From assembly GCA_964643605.1 (NCBI GenBank), contig CAZXTF010000001.1, forward strand, positions 1 to 34,023: a stretch of DNA of 34,023 nucleotides, in the 5' to 3' direction. Below are positions 17,380 to 25,593 of the stretch, in pieces. The DNA is from an uncultured Candidatus Saccharibacteria bacterium. GTDB taxonomy: Bacteria > Patescibacteriota > Saccharimonadia > Saccharimonadales > 2-12-FULL-41-12. Under the pieces are notes generated by a model. The model saw only the letters and a list, made by a program, of their open reading frames with translations, was not told where the DNA came from and made no database searches. The translations under genes were made by a program, and so were the position numbers. The stretch's first letter is position 1, and every line of letters starts with the position of its first letter.

Positions 17380-18105
17380 TTATTTCTCCTCTTCTTCTGT
17401 TTTTTCAGCTTTTTTAGCTTGCTTACTCTTACCGGCAGAAATTGATTCTACGACATAGTCAGTAATAAGCTGCAAAGCTTTAATAGCGTCGTCGTTGGCA
17501 GGAATTGGGTAGTCTACCAAGCTTGGGTCAGCATTTGTATCGACAATTGCCACAATAGGAATATTAAGCTTCCGGGCTTCCCGAACAGCATTTGCGTCTT
17601 TCATAATGTCGGTTACAAAGATTGCACCTGGACGATTTGCCATTTCCTTAATACCACCATATAGGAAGTTCAGTGCATCGATCTCTTCCTGATATCGTTG
17701 CAGCTCGAGCTTGTTGTACTTGTTCGCCAGTGCACCAGAATCCATCTGTTGCTCAAGGTCTTTTAGGTGCTTAATCCGACCGTTCATAGTTGTCGTATTG
17801 GTCAGCATCCCACCAACCCATCGCTCTACCACAAAAGGCATCTTGGTATCTTCGGCAGCTTTCTTAACAATATCTTTTGCCTGTCGTTTTGTACCGACCA
17901 AAAGTACTTGCTTGCCTTCACTAGCAGTTTTTTCTAGGAAAGCTAGCGCAGCTTCTAAATTATCAGCTGTTTTAGTAAGGTCAACAATGTGGCTACCATC
18001 ACGCTTGCTGTGAATATATGGTGCCATTTTAGGGTGCCATCGACTGGTCTTGTGACCAAAGTGCGCACCAGATTCTAATAGTTTCTTAACATCAACAGAT
18101 GCCAT
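17380..18105 (-). CDS. rpsB: 30S ribosomal protein S2
   Basis: 'LLESGAHFGHKTSRWHPKMAPYI', 'VLLVGTKRQA' and 'IVDTNADP'. An AAAGGA Shine-Dalgarno lies 8 nt upstream. Confidence 0.97.
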   Translation of the reverse strand: MASVDVKKLLESGAHFGHKTSRWHPKMAPYIHSKRDGSHIVDLTKTADNLEAALAFLEKTASEGKQVLLVGTKRQAKDIVKKAAEDTKMPFVVERWVGGMLTNTTTMNGRIKHLKDLEQQMDSGALANKYNKLELQRYQEEIDALNFLYGGIKEMANRPGAIFVTDIMKDANAVREARKLNIPIVAIVDTNADPSLVDYPIPANDDAIKALQLITDYVVESISAGKSKQAKKAEKTEEEEK

Positions 18106-18206
18106 AGATTTGTTCCTTTCTCTTCGCTCGAGGTACCAAATCGTCGCCTACACGGCTGACACGTCTGGAGGAATGACTCCTCGGCTGCTTATCTTATAGT
18201 GTCTCT

Positions 18207-18235
18207 ATTATACTACTGTTGTAACTTCTTAGCAA
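18207..18235 (-). promoter_or_regulatory. sigma70-type promoter for rpsB-tsf (TTGCTA-17 nt-TATAAT)
   Basis: On the minus strand the -35 lies at 18235..18230 and the -10 at 18212..18207. This predicts a leader of about 95 nt. Confidence 0.55.
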
Positions 18236-18247
18236 GTACGCTATAAT
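18219..18247 (+). promoter_or_regulatory. sigma70-type promoter for rpmE (TTGTAA-17 nt-TATAAT)
   Basis: On the plus strand the -35 lies at 18219-18224 and the -10 at 18242-18247. It is interdigitated with the rpsB promoter, and the -10 ends 9 nt before the rpmE ATG. Confidence 0.55.
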
Positions 18248-18256
18248 ATGAAACTT

Positions 18257-18580
18257 ATGAAGAAAGATATTCACCCAAACGATTATCGCCCAGTAGTGTT
18301 TCAGGATCTTTCCAATGGAGAGACTTTTGTAACCAAATCTACGGCTAAAACAGATGAAACCATCAAGGTAGATGGCGTTGAATACCCATTGGTAAAGGTG
18401 CACATTTCTAGCGCTTCTCACCCATTCTTCACTGGTCAAGAAAAGCTACTCGACATAGAAGGTCGTGTTGACAAGTTTAAGGCTCGTGCCGAAGCTGCCA
18501 AGAAAGCTCGTGCAGCTACAGCTAAGAAGGCCGCTAAGCCTAAAAAAGAACAAGAACAAGCCCAAAAGCTCGGCAAGTAG
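18257..18580 (+). CDS. rpmE: 50S ribosomal protein L31 (Cys-less, non-zinc type, with Lys/Ala-rich C-terminal tail)
   Basis: '[10 protein letters not shown]' matches the universal L31 N-terminus, so I start at the ATG at 18257; the track's ATG at 18248 abuts the -10 box. 'HPFFTGQEK' and 'GRVDKF' are present. No CxxC motifs are present. Confidence 0.93.
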   Translation: MKKDIHPNDYRPVVFQDLSNGETFVTKSTAKTDETIKVDGVEYPLVKVHISSASHPFFTGQEKLLDIEGRVDKFKARAEAAKKARAATAKKAAKPKKEQEQAQKLGK

Positions 18581-18582
18581 CC

Positions 18583-19092
18583 TTAATACATCGACTGCTT
18601 GGTGGTTTCGGTGGTCTGTGCACCAACGTCATTAATCTTATTGGCTATTTCCAGCTTAATCGCCTGAGCTTTTTCTCGGTTAGGCTCTGCCTGCATTTTG
18701 AGTACATCAGCTCCAACCGTATTTCCTGATACATAAGCCCTGCTGCCTCCTGCATCCTTTTGGTCAATACTGCCACTTACATTGCTGATACCCGGCATTT
18801 TATTAATCGAAGTTGATACGCCACTAGCTGATCCATCTGATCCACGAGTACTAGTACTGACAATATCCTGCATCAGGTTCTGCTCTTTAACGGCATACGT
18901 GATCGATCCATCCTCATGCTTAATCTCTTGTCTGCCTTCTGGGAATGCTTGGACGGCATCCACAAGTGCCTGATCACCCTTCTCGAGCGGACCCATAGGT
19001 TGAGTACGATCCTCAATCGCAGCTGCCGGTGGAGTTAGGAAATCATGTGCTGGTAACACTTCTTCGGCATATGTTGGTATTGTTTCTTTCAT
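18583..19092 (-). CDS. hypothetical soluble protein
   Basis: 169 aa, acidic and Ser/Gly-rich, with no recognisable motif. It has its own near-consensus promoter and an AAAGGA Shine-Dalgarno 6 nt upstream. Confidence 0.5.
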   Translation of the reverse strand: MKETIPTYAEEVLPAHDFLTPPAAAIEDRTQPMGPLEKGDQALVDAVQAFPEGRQEIKHEDGSITYAVKEQNLMQDIVSTSTRGSDGSASGVSTSINKMPGISNVSGSIDQKDAGGSRAYVSGNTVGADVLKMQAEPNREKAQAIKLEIANKINDVGAQTTETTKQSMY

Positions 19093-19139
19093 AGTTTGTC
19101 CTTTTTGTTTTTAATATTTTGTTTCTAACTATTGTGTAC

Positions 19140-19168
19140 ATAATAGCAAATTTTGGCAGTTTTGTCAA
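19140..19168 (-). promoter_or_regulatory. sigma70-type promoter for the 169-aa gene (TTGACA-17 nt-TATTAT)
   Basis: On the minus strand the consensus -35 TTGACA lies at 19168..19163 and the -10 TATTAT at 19145..19140. Confidence 0.55.
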
Positions 19169-19190
19169 TATTAAACAGAGGTGATATACT
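19162..19190 (+). promoter_or_regulatory. sigma70-type promoter for prfA-prmC (TTGTCA-17 nt-TATACT)
   Basis: On the plus strand the -35 lies at 19162-19167 and shares 5 of its 6 bp with the opposite-strand -35. The -10 lies at 19185-19190 and ends 10 nt before the prfA ATG. Confidence 0.5.
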
Positions 19191-19200
19191 TAGTTAACAG

Positions 19201-20253
19201 ATGAAAGAAAAGGAAAAAGCATTACGCCAGGAATATGAGGAGCTGCAAAAGAAGCTGCAGGATCCATCTGTTTTTAGTGACCCAAAATACCCCAAGCTTG
19301 CCAAACGCTCTAAAGAACTCGAAGATATCATTGCCCTGTTTGATCAATTCAGGCAGATCGAATCTGATAGCAAAGGTGCTTCGGAGCTTGCTAGTGGCAG
19401 CGACGAGCTAGCAGAACTGGCAAAAATTGAGCTCGAAGAACTGCAGAATAAGAAAAAAGTTGTTCAAGAATCTTTAGACGAAGCATTAACGCCCAAAGAC
19501 CCAAACGATGATAAAGACGTAATTGTAGAGATTCGTGCCGCTGCGGGCGGCGACGAGTCTAGCTTGTTCGCTGCAGAGCTGTACCGAATGTACGTACGCT
19601 GGGCAGAAAACCATGGCTTTAAGGCTGAACATATAGACGACAGCCCAAACGATGTTGGTGGCTACAAAGAAATTAGCTTTGCCATCCGTGGCGAAGACGT
19701 CTACAAAGCACTAAAGTTCGAGGCTGGCGTACACCGAGTACAGCGAGTCCCTACTACCGAATCACAAGGCCGAGTTCACACCAGTACCACTACAGTCGCC
19801 ATCATGCCAGAAGCCGAAGAAACAGATCTCGAAATTAGCCCAAACGATCTTCGAATAGATGTATTTCGATCTGGTGGGCACGGCGGCCAAAGTGTAAACA
19901 CCACCGACTCTGCCGTACGGATTACTCACTTACCTACTGGCACAGTAGTAACCTGCCAAGACGAAAAATCTCAGCTAAAAAACAAAGATAAAGCTATGGG
20001 CGTACTGCGTTCTCGCTTGCTGCAGGCAAAGATTGAGTCCGAGCAAAAGGAACTATCTGACGCCCGCAAAAAACTTATAGGCTCTGGCGACCGTAGCGAA
20101 AAGATTCGCACCTATAACTTCCCTCAAGACCGTATAACCGATCACCGTATTGGTTTTTCTCGCAGCAATATCCCATCAGCACTAGCAGGCGATATCGACG
20201 ATTTAATCGAGCAACTTCAGGCGGCCGAACGTGCGGCTCTCAAATCCGAGTAA
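19201..20253 (+). CDS. prfA: peptide chain release factor 1
   Basis: An RF1-type P-x-T tripeptide sits in '[17 protein letters not shown]', and a GGQ loop in '[25 protein letters not shown]'. 350 aa. Confidence 0.95.
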   Translation: MKEKEKALRQEYEELQKKLQDPSVFSDPKYPKLAKRSKELEDIIALFDQFRQIESDSKGASELASGSDELAELAKIELEELQNKKKVVQESLDEALTPKDPNDDKDVIVEIRAAAGGDESSLFAAELYRMYVRWAENHGFKAEHIDDSPNDVGGYKEISFAIRGEDVYKALKFEAGVHRVQRVPTTESQGRVHTSTTTVAIMPEAEETDLEISPNDLRIDVFRSGGHGGQSVNTTDSAVRITHLPTGTVVTCQDEKSQLKNKDKAMGVLRSRLLQAKIESEQKELSDARKKLIGSGDRSEKIRTYNFPQDRITDHRIGFSRSNIPSALAGDIDDLIEQLQAAERAALKSE

Positions 20254-20254
20254 G

Positions 20255-21064
20255 ATGATGGTATCTAACTGGCTAATAGAAACAATGAAGAAACTAGGCG
20301 AGACTGGGGTAGATTCGCCACGGCGAGATACTTTGGTGTTGCTTGAAGATACTTTAGACAAAGACCGAGCATGGGTGCTAGCAAATCCGGATTATGAATT
20401 AAAAAATACTGAACTAAAAACTGTTGATACACTGATAAAACAACGTATTAGCAGAGAGCCATTGGCTTATATTCGAGGCAAGGCCTGGTTTTATGGTCGC
20501 TTCTTCACAGTTAATCCCGATGTTTTAATTCCCCGCCCTGAGTCCGAAGATTTTATAGATATCCTAAAAGAATTACAGCCGAAAGCAGTGATTGATATTG
20601 GTACTGGCAGTGGGGTTTTAGCAATTACCACCAAGCTGGAATTGCCAGAGATAAAAGTTATTGCTACTGACACCGATACATCTGCTCTCAAAATAGCCGA
20701 AAAGAACGCTCATAACTATAATGTTGCTATCGAATTTTTACAGGGTTCATTGCTAGAACCTCTGCAAGATTTAAAACTGCAAGATTACACAATTATTACA
20801 AATCTGCCGTATGTTCCAGATAGTCTTATAACTAGCCCCGAGATTAAAACCGAGCCAAAACTAGCACTCTTCTCTGGCGCCGATGGGCTGGATCATTATC
20901 GAAAATTTTGGGAACAAACAAAAAACCTACCGCAGGCACCGCAGCATGTCCTCACCGAATCTTTAGAGAATCAGCATGAGCAGATAGAGAAACTAGCCGA
21001 GGAGGCAGGATATAAACCTGTAAAAACAGAGGGGCTTGTCCAGGTATTTAAGGACGCTAACTAA
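20255..21064 (+). CDS. prmC: release-factor glutamine N5-methyltransferase PrmC/HemK
   Basis: A SAM motif 'VIDIGTGSG', a catalytic tetrapeptide that reads 'NLPY' instead of NPPY, and 'REPLAYIRGKAWFYG'. I start at the ATG at 20255, 1 nt after the prfA stop; the track's GTG at 20231 lies inside prfA. Confidence 0.85.
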   Translation: MMVSNWLIETMKKLGETGVDSPRRDTLVLLEDTLDKDRAWVLANPDYELKNTELKTVDTLIKQRISREPLAYIRGKAWFYGRFFTVNPDVLIPRPESEDFIDILKELQPKAVIDIGTGSGVLAITTKLELPEIKVIATDTDTSALKIAEKNAHNYNVAIEFLQGSLLEPLQDLKLQDYTIITNLPYVPDSLITSPEIKTEPKLALFSGADGLDHYRKFWEQTKNLPQAPQHVLTESLENQHEQIEKLAEEAGYKPVKTEGLVQVFKDAN

Positions 21065-22248
21065 TCTGTCTGAGCGGCTTCGAGGGTAGCCTCGATAACA
21101 ATCGACGTGCCGTCTCGCACAACAGTTAGCTTGATTTTGTCACCCACTGCATAACGACCAACGACTGATGTAAGTGTATTATCTTTGTTAATATCTGTGT
21201 CATTAACTTTGGTGATGATATCTTTTTCTTGCAAACCTGATTTTTGTGCTGGACTACCGGCAACTATCGATGGGGCCCTCTGAGATGGGACAATATAAGC
21301 CCCTGTGGTAGTTGCTAGATTATGCTCTTTTGCGTAGGCTTCGGTTAGCGTAATGTAGCGGACTCCGAGATATGGACGCTGGAGCTTGCCGTCTTTTAGA
21401 ACGCTCTTGATCAGCCCTTGTAGGTCGCCAACAGGAATTGCAAAGCCAATACCTTGAGCTGTGCCGCCAGCAATAGCTGTGTTTATCCCGATTACTTCGC
21501 CGTTCATGTTGACCAGCGGACCGCCCGAGTTACCCTGGTTGATTGCTGCGTCTGTCTGGAAGAGATTCTGTAAACTCTCGCTCGACTCTTCGTTATCGGC
21601 TTCGACATTGCGGCCATAGCCCGAGATAATGCCAGATGTTACTGTGTTCTGGAACTCGCCGAGGGCGTTACCAATGGCAACTACCCTGCTGCCAACCTGC
21701 ACCTTTGAGGAATCACCTAACTTTGCTGGCTTTAGGTCTTTGCCTTTTTTATCTTTTACTTTTAAGAACGCTACATCGAGTGAGTCACTGTCGGTTGTTC
21801 GACCAATTATCTCGACATCTTCTAGTTCTGTTCCGTCTGATAACGTAACACTAACGCTGGTGGAGCCTTTTGGAACTACGTGCCTGTTCGTGATAATTAT
21901 GCCACTTGGGTCGATAATTACACCTGTGCCAGCACTCTCTTGAGTGATTGGCCGAGTACCAAAGAAAGTTGCCTGAGTAGTGGTTGTCTTTACGCTAATC
22001 GATACGACACTTGGGCCGACGTCTTCGGCGATCTTGGTGATAAGCTCGCCCTCACTTGAAACGATAGCCTGGCCCTGCGAAACACTCGAGTGATTAGCCT
22101 TATTAAAGTTTGCACCATAATAACCTCCCACAAATCCAGCAGTAACACTGCTTAAAATTAATAGTGCTATGACCGCAAATTTTGCTCGGCCATTCTGCTT
22201 TGGCTCTACAGTAGTGCTGCTATAATCCTCATCCATTGACATAACCAT
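21061..22248 (-). CDS. htrA: HtrA/DegP-family serine protease with N-terminal membrane anchor and PDZ domain
   Basis: The catalytic triad contexts are 'TNRHVV', 'DVAFLKV' and 'GNSGGPLV'. The C-terminal PDZ region reads 'SPAQKSGLQEKDIITKVND', and the TM helix reads 'FAVIALLILSSVTAGFVGGYY'. The start is ambiguous among three in-frame ATGs at 22248, 22242 and 22236. Confidence 0.88.
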   Translation of the reverse strand: MVMSMDEDYSSTTVEPKQNGRAKFAVIALLILSSVTAGFVGGYYGANFNKANHSSVSQGQAIVSSEGELITKIAEDVGPSVVSISVKTTTTQATFFGTRPITQESAGTGVIIDPSGIIITNRHVVPKGSTSVSVTLSDGTELEDVEIIGRTTDSDSLDVAFLKVKDKKGKDLKPAKLGDSSKVQVGSRVVAIGNALGEFQNTVTSGIISGYGRNVEADNEESSESLQNLFQTDAAINQGNSGGPLVNMNGEVIGINTAIAGGTAQGIGFAIPVGDLQGLIKSVLKDGKLQRPYLGVRYITLTEAYAKEHNLATTTGAYIVPSQRAPSIVAGSPAQKSGLQEKDIITKVNDTDINKDNTLTSVVGRYAVGDKIKLTVVRDGTSIVIEATLEAAQTD

Positions 22249-22280
22249 TATACAACGATTGGGCTTATAAAAACCTGAGT

Positions 22281-23033
22281 TTAAATGGTTTTATCACCCC
22301 AGTTTGAGAAAACTAATATCACTAAGATGATCGTAATCATCACGAGTAGTACCTGACGACGCACCAATTGCGATAATTTATCAGTTTCTTCCAGATAGTA
22401 CAGCCCGCCAAGCCCGTATCCAAGCACCGAAAGGATTAGTGCCGGTTGGGCAATTGGCCCGATAAAGAGCAGCCAGTGTGCAAGGACCCACATAAGACTT
22501 GCCGCAAAAAATCCCCATTGAGAAGCCAAGATTTGTGCATGGGGTTCATCAAAGCTCGAGAGAAAATGTCGAGCACAGAAGTATGCAATGAACCCGTAAG
22601 AAAGTACCATAAATGCCAAATATGCATTCTCGAAAACAAAGAATATCGAGACAAACCCAAGAGTTTGAGCAATCATAGCCTGCAACGACACCATAAGAAC
22701 ACTGGAACGTGGCTTTAGAGCCAGCAGCCAGAATTCGTACACAGCAACCCAAAGTAACTGCCAGGTTAGTGCTCCAGTACTACTCATGCACGCCAAGAGG
22801 CTCACGCCCACAATAATATCTACAGCGTTTGTGCGAATATGCGGCACCCAGTGATGCGGCTTGACTGCAAACATCCGCCATTTGCTCAAAAGGATTAGAA
22901 GTAGCGCAAGAATATCAAGATTGAGCCGAACCAACAGCAAGACTGCCAAAGGTATAACTGCTATAAAAACAACATGCAGAAAATGAGAGAACCCTTTTGT
23001 TGGACGTATTTTTGAAGTTAAGAATGTTACCAT
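22281..23033 (-). CDS. hypothetical polytopic membrane protein
   Basis: 250 aa with about 7-8 hydrophobic segments and no recognisable motif. It sits between the LCP and HtrA genes on the same strand. Confidence 0.5.
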   Translation of the reverse strand: MVTFLTSKIRPTKGFSHFLHVVFIAVIPLAVLLLVRLNLDILALLLILLSKWRMFAVKPHHWVPHIRTNAVDIIVGVSLLACMSSTGALTWQLLWVAVYEFWLLALKPRSSVLMVSLQAMIAQTLGFVSIFFVFENAYLAFMVLSYGFIAYFCARHFLSSFDEPHAQILASQWGFFAASLMWVLAHWLLFIGPIAQPALILSVLGYGLGGLYYLEETDKLSQLVRRQVLLVMITIILVILVFSNWGDKTI

Positions 23034-23067
23034 TGTTTTTTGCTACAGATAAAAATCAAAGAGCTTA

Positions 23068-24732
23068 TTAATTGGTAGCTCCCTGATCAGTACCAAGTAT
23101 TATAACAAAGTCTGCGTTTTGCGAATCTATATTACTGTCGGGCAACGAGCCTGTGGCAATAGTCTTGAACCGCTGCTCAAGATATCGCTTGGTATATTTC
23201 TTGACACCACCACGCATGTCTACAATGATTGTTTTTGTGTAGTTTTTAGTTGGCGCATTTGAAGCATTCGCCACATTATAGCCATACGACTTTAGCTCGT
23301 CTGACTTGGTGGTAGCTAGCCCCGGTATTTGCGTACCGTTCAGAACAAGAATGCTAGCATTTTCGTTTTTAATAAAGCTATCTTTTAGTGTATTCCTAAT
23401 ATATGACTGGATATCTTTGTAGTTATTCAGCCCTGCCTTTGGCACTACAACCGACAAGCCGCCGATGTTTCTGGTTGTTAGGTAGTCATGTGGCGGATCA
23501 ACCAGCCCAATAGATTGGATTTTGTTGCTTGGTATTTGTTTGCTCAGATCATACAAACGGGTTAAATCTTGCAAGCTAAAGTTGGTCTGAACATGGTTAC
23601 CAAAGTTATCTAAAAGTTGAGAGATCTTTGCAGGATTAGAAAACGTTCCAAGGGTAAAAACCTTTTCTTTAAGAGCCACTATTATTAGCCTTTGTCGCTC
23701 GGCACGATCAAAGTCCCCTCGAGCACTGGTGTACCGTGAACGAGAGTATGCTAGTGCCTTAAACCCATCCATGTGTTGCCAACCGGGTTTTACATTTAGA
23801 ACATACGTCTTTCCATCTATACGCATCTGTTCTCTGACTGCTTGCGGGACGTTGATATCAACACCCCCAACTGTATCAATCGCCTGTTTGAAACCAGTAA
23901 AATCAACCATGGCATGGTAATGCACCGGCACGCCTAGAACCGACTCAACTGTATCTTCTAGCAAATCAAACCCTGCTTGCTCGGCCTGCTTTTTCTGGTC
24001 TGCAGTTGGCCTAGAGTACTTGTTAAGTACACTCGATTTACCAGTAGAATACACGGCATTAATCTTCATGGACCCCTTACGAGGCACTGAAACATAGAGG
24101 TCTCTTGGGATACTCACAAGAGCCGCTTCTTTGTCGATCGGGTTAATACTAGCCAAAATTATCGTATCTGTTAGATCAGCGCCTTCATGGCCATCGCCCC
24201 CACGACCCATAACCAATATATTGATTCGGCCGTCACCCTCACCTCTTAACTTAGAAGGGTCTACATCTTTTTGGAGCGCAGCAGCTCCGCCATCGCCCCC
24301 AAGTACTTTACGTAAGTTCAAATAACCTTTGGCAAAAAGGAAGCCAAAGACAAGCATCAAGATTATAAGTATTATGCCGATAAGGCGTAGTGTTTTCTGT
24401 TTTTTTGTGTAGCTTCTCCAGCGCTCACGAAATGGTAGTTTTTCTTTCTTCTTATTTCGCTGCCAGAATTTCCAGCCTCGCTTTTGCTTCGGCTCCTTCG
24501 GAGGTTCAAAGGTTTTTTTCTTAGGCTTGTGAGTAACAGGAGTCAATGAAGTCTGACCATTCCTCTGCCAACCCTCTTTTCGTTCAAAATTATCGAGTGA
24601 TCCATGGGGTCGATACGACTTTGGACGCTTAAAATCTATCTGTCTATTACCGCTTGCACCAGTGGGACTCACACCATCAATAGAAAGATTACGGCGGCGT
24701 CTTTGTGGGTGGTTCGAGGGGTCGCTATTCAT
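23068..24732 (-). CDS. LytR-CpsA-Psr (LCP) family cell-wall glycopolymer ligase with LytR_C-like C-terminal domain
   Basis: The LCP core reads 'INILVMGRGGDGHEGADLTDTIILASINPIDKEAALVSIPRDLYV' and 'FDRAERQRLII'. There is one TM helix after a polybasic cytoplasmic tail of about 115 aa. The C-terminal region 'ILVLNGTQIPGLAT...YGYNV' resembles LytR_C. Confidence 0.88.
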   Translation of the reverse strand: MNSDPSNHPQRRRRNLSIDGVSPTGASGNRQIDFKRPKSYRPHGSLDNFERKEGWQRNGQTSLTPVTHKPKKKTFEPPKEPKQKRGWKFWQRNKKKEKLPFRERWRSYTKKQKTLRLIGIILIILMLVFGFLFAKGYLNLRKVLGGDGGAAALQKDVDPSKLRGEGDGRINILVMGRGGDGHEGADLTDTIILASINPIDKEAALVSIPRDLYVSVPRKGSMKINAVYSTGKSSVLNKYSRPTADQKKQAEQAGFDLLEDTVESVLGVPVHYHAMVDFTGFKQAIDTVGGVDINVPQAVREQMRIDGKTYVLNVKPGWQHMDGFKALAYSRSRYTSARGDFDRAERQRLIIVALKEKVFTLGTFSNPAKISQLLDNFGNHVQTNFSLQDLTRLYDLSKQIPSNKIQSIGLVDPPHDYLTTRNIGGLSVVVPKAGLNNYKDIQSYIRNTLKDSFIKNENASILVLNGTQIPGLATTKSDELKSYGYNVANASNAPTKNYTKTIIVDMRGGVKKYTKRYLEQRFKTIATGSLPDSNIDSQNADFVIILGTDQGATN

Positions 24733-24741
24733 AAGTTTGCA

Positions 24742-24770
24742 ATTATATTACGTGCGCCGGCGTCTTACTA
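24742..24770 (-). promoter_or_regulatory. candidate promoter for LCP gene (TAGTAA-17 nt-TATAAT)
   Basis: On the minus strand a consensus -10 TATAAT lies at 24747..24742 and ends 9 nt before the ATG at 24732. The -35 at 24770..24765 is weak. No Shine-Dalgarno is present. Confidence 0.4.
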
Positions 24771-24938
24771 GCGCTTTTTTGAATTATCTTAGATCCTTCT
24801 TTACAGTTGCCTCTGTCAGATGACCCTCGTATTTTACAGGACAAGATTAAGAGCAACCTGATAGACCATTATTATAGCTGTTTTTGTCGATTTTACTAAA
24901 TCGATATTGCTTATTTTCTGCCCCATCCCGCTAAAGTA

Positions 24939-24947
24939 TGCTAATCT
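24939..24947 (+). promoter_or_regulatory. candidate extended -10 promoter for lepB (TGcTAATCT)
   Basis: A TG dinucleotide at 24939-24940 and the hexamer TAATCT at 24942-24947 end 7 nt before the ATG at 24955. There is no Shine-Dalgarno and no good -35. Confidence 0.35.
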
Positions 24948-24954
24948 GTTAGCA

Positions 24955-25593
24955 ATGCAAGATCAAAACATAACAACCCCAATATATGGGTCTACTGAGC
25001 CGACTCCAAAGTCGAGCCAACGTCGAGAAATTCTCTCGACATTAGCTATTATTATCATTGCCCCGCTTGTGGCACTATTCTTGACTGCATTTGTGTTCCA
25101 ATCTTACGAAGTTGATGGGCCAAGTATGGAAAAAACACTATTTAATAAAGACCGCTTGCTCGTCAACAAAACACCTCGTACGTGGGCTCGAATTACTGGG
25201 CACTCATATCAGCCAAAACGATATGACGTAGTTATCTTTAACCATACAGAGAATTACGGCCTGGATGGCACGACCGATAAGCAACTAATTAAGCGAGTAA
25301 TCGGTTTACCTGGTGATAGAGTGGTCGTAAAAGACGGAGTTGTGAGGGTTTATAATAAAGAAAATCCCAATGGTTTCTTAGTTGACCAAAAAGGCCCAGA
25401 AGCAGCCGTAATTGGCGAGACTGTCGCATCAACAGAGATAGACCAAAAAATTAATAAAGGCGAAGTATTTGTTATGGGAGATAACCGTCCTAACTCTTTA
25501 GACTCTCGAGCATTCGGCCCAATCAATATAGATGATATCGTCGGCAGATTATCGATTCGAATTTATCCGTTTAACGAAATAACCAGGTTCTAG
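24955..25593 (+). CDS. lepB: signal peptidase I
   Basis: A Ser box 'DGPSMEKTL', a Lys box 'KRVIGLPGDRV' and 'GDNRPNSLDSR', with one N-terminal TM helix. I start at the ATG at 24955 (MQDQNITT). The track's TTG at 24907 would add an implausible 16 aa. Confidence 0.9.
   Translation: MQDQNITTPIYGSTEPTPKSSQRREILSTLAIIIIAPLVALFLTAFVFQSYEVDGPSMEKTLFNKDRLLVNKTPRTWARITGHSYQPKRYDVVIFNHTENYGLDGTTDKQLIKRVIGLPGDRVVVKDGVVRVYNKENPNGFLVDQKGPEAAVIGETVASTEIDQKINKGEVFVMGDNRPNSLDSRAFGPINIDDIVGRLSIRIYPFNEITRF

Noticed and set aside
18194-18439. An 81-aa minus-strand ORF overlapping rpmE.
   Set aside because: It covers both promoter boxes and is antisense to the clearly conserved L31 coding sequence.
24887-24904. 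A hairpin TCGATTT-TACT-AAATCGA followed by a T-rich stretch in the LCP-lepB spacer, as a possible terminator or small RNA.
   Set aside because: The stem is AT-rich and only 7 bp, and there is no plus-strand gene upstream to terminate. The meaning is unclear, so it is not called.
24907-24954. Upstream TTG/GTG/ATG start extensions proposed by the ORF track: lepB 24907, rpmE 18248, prmC 20231, proS 13688, parA 27261 and the 27226 ORF.
   Set aside because: The extensions add non-conserved residues, overlap upstream genes or promoter hexamers, and the downstream ATGs reproduce the canonical N-termini (MKKDIHP for L31, MRQTKIIAV..KGGVGKT for ParA). Some uncertainty remains for proS and prmC.
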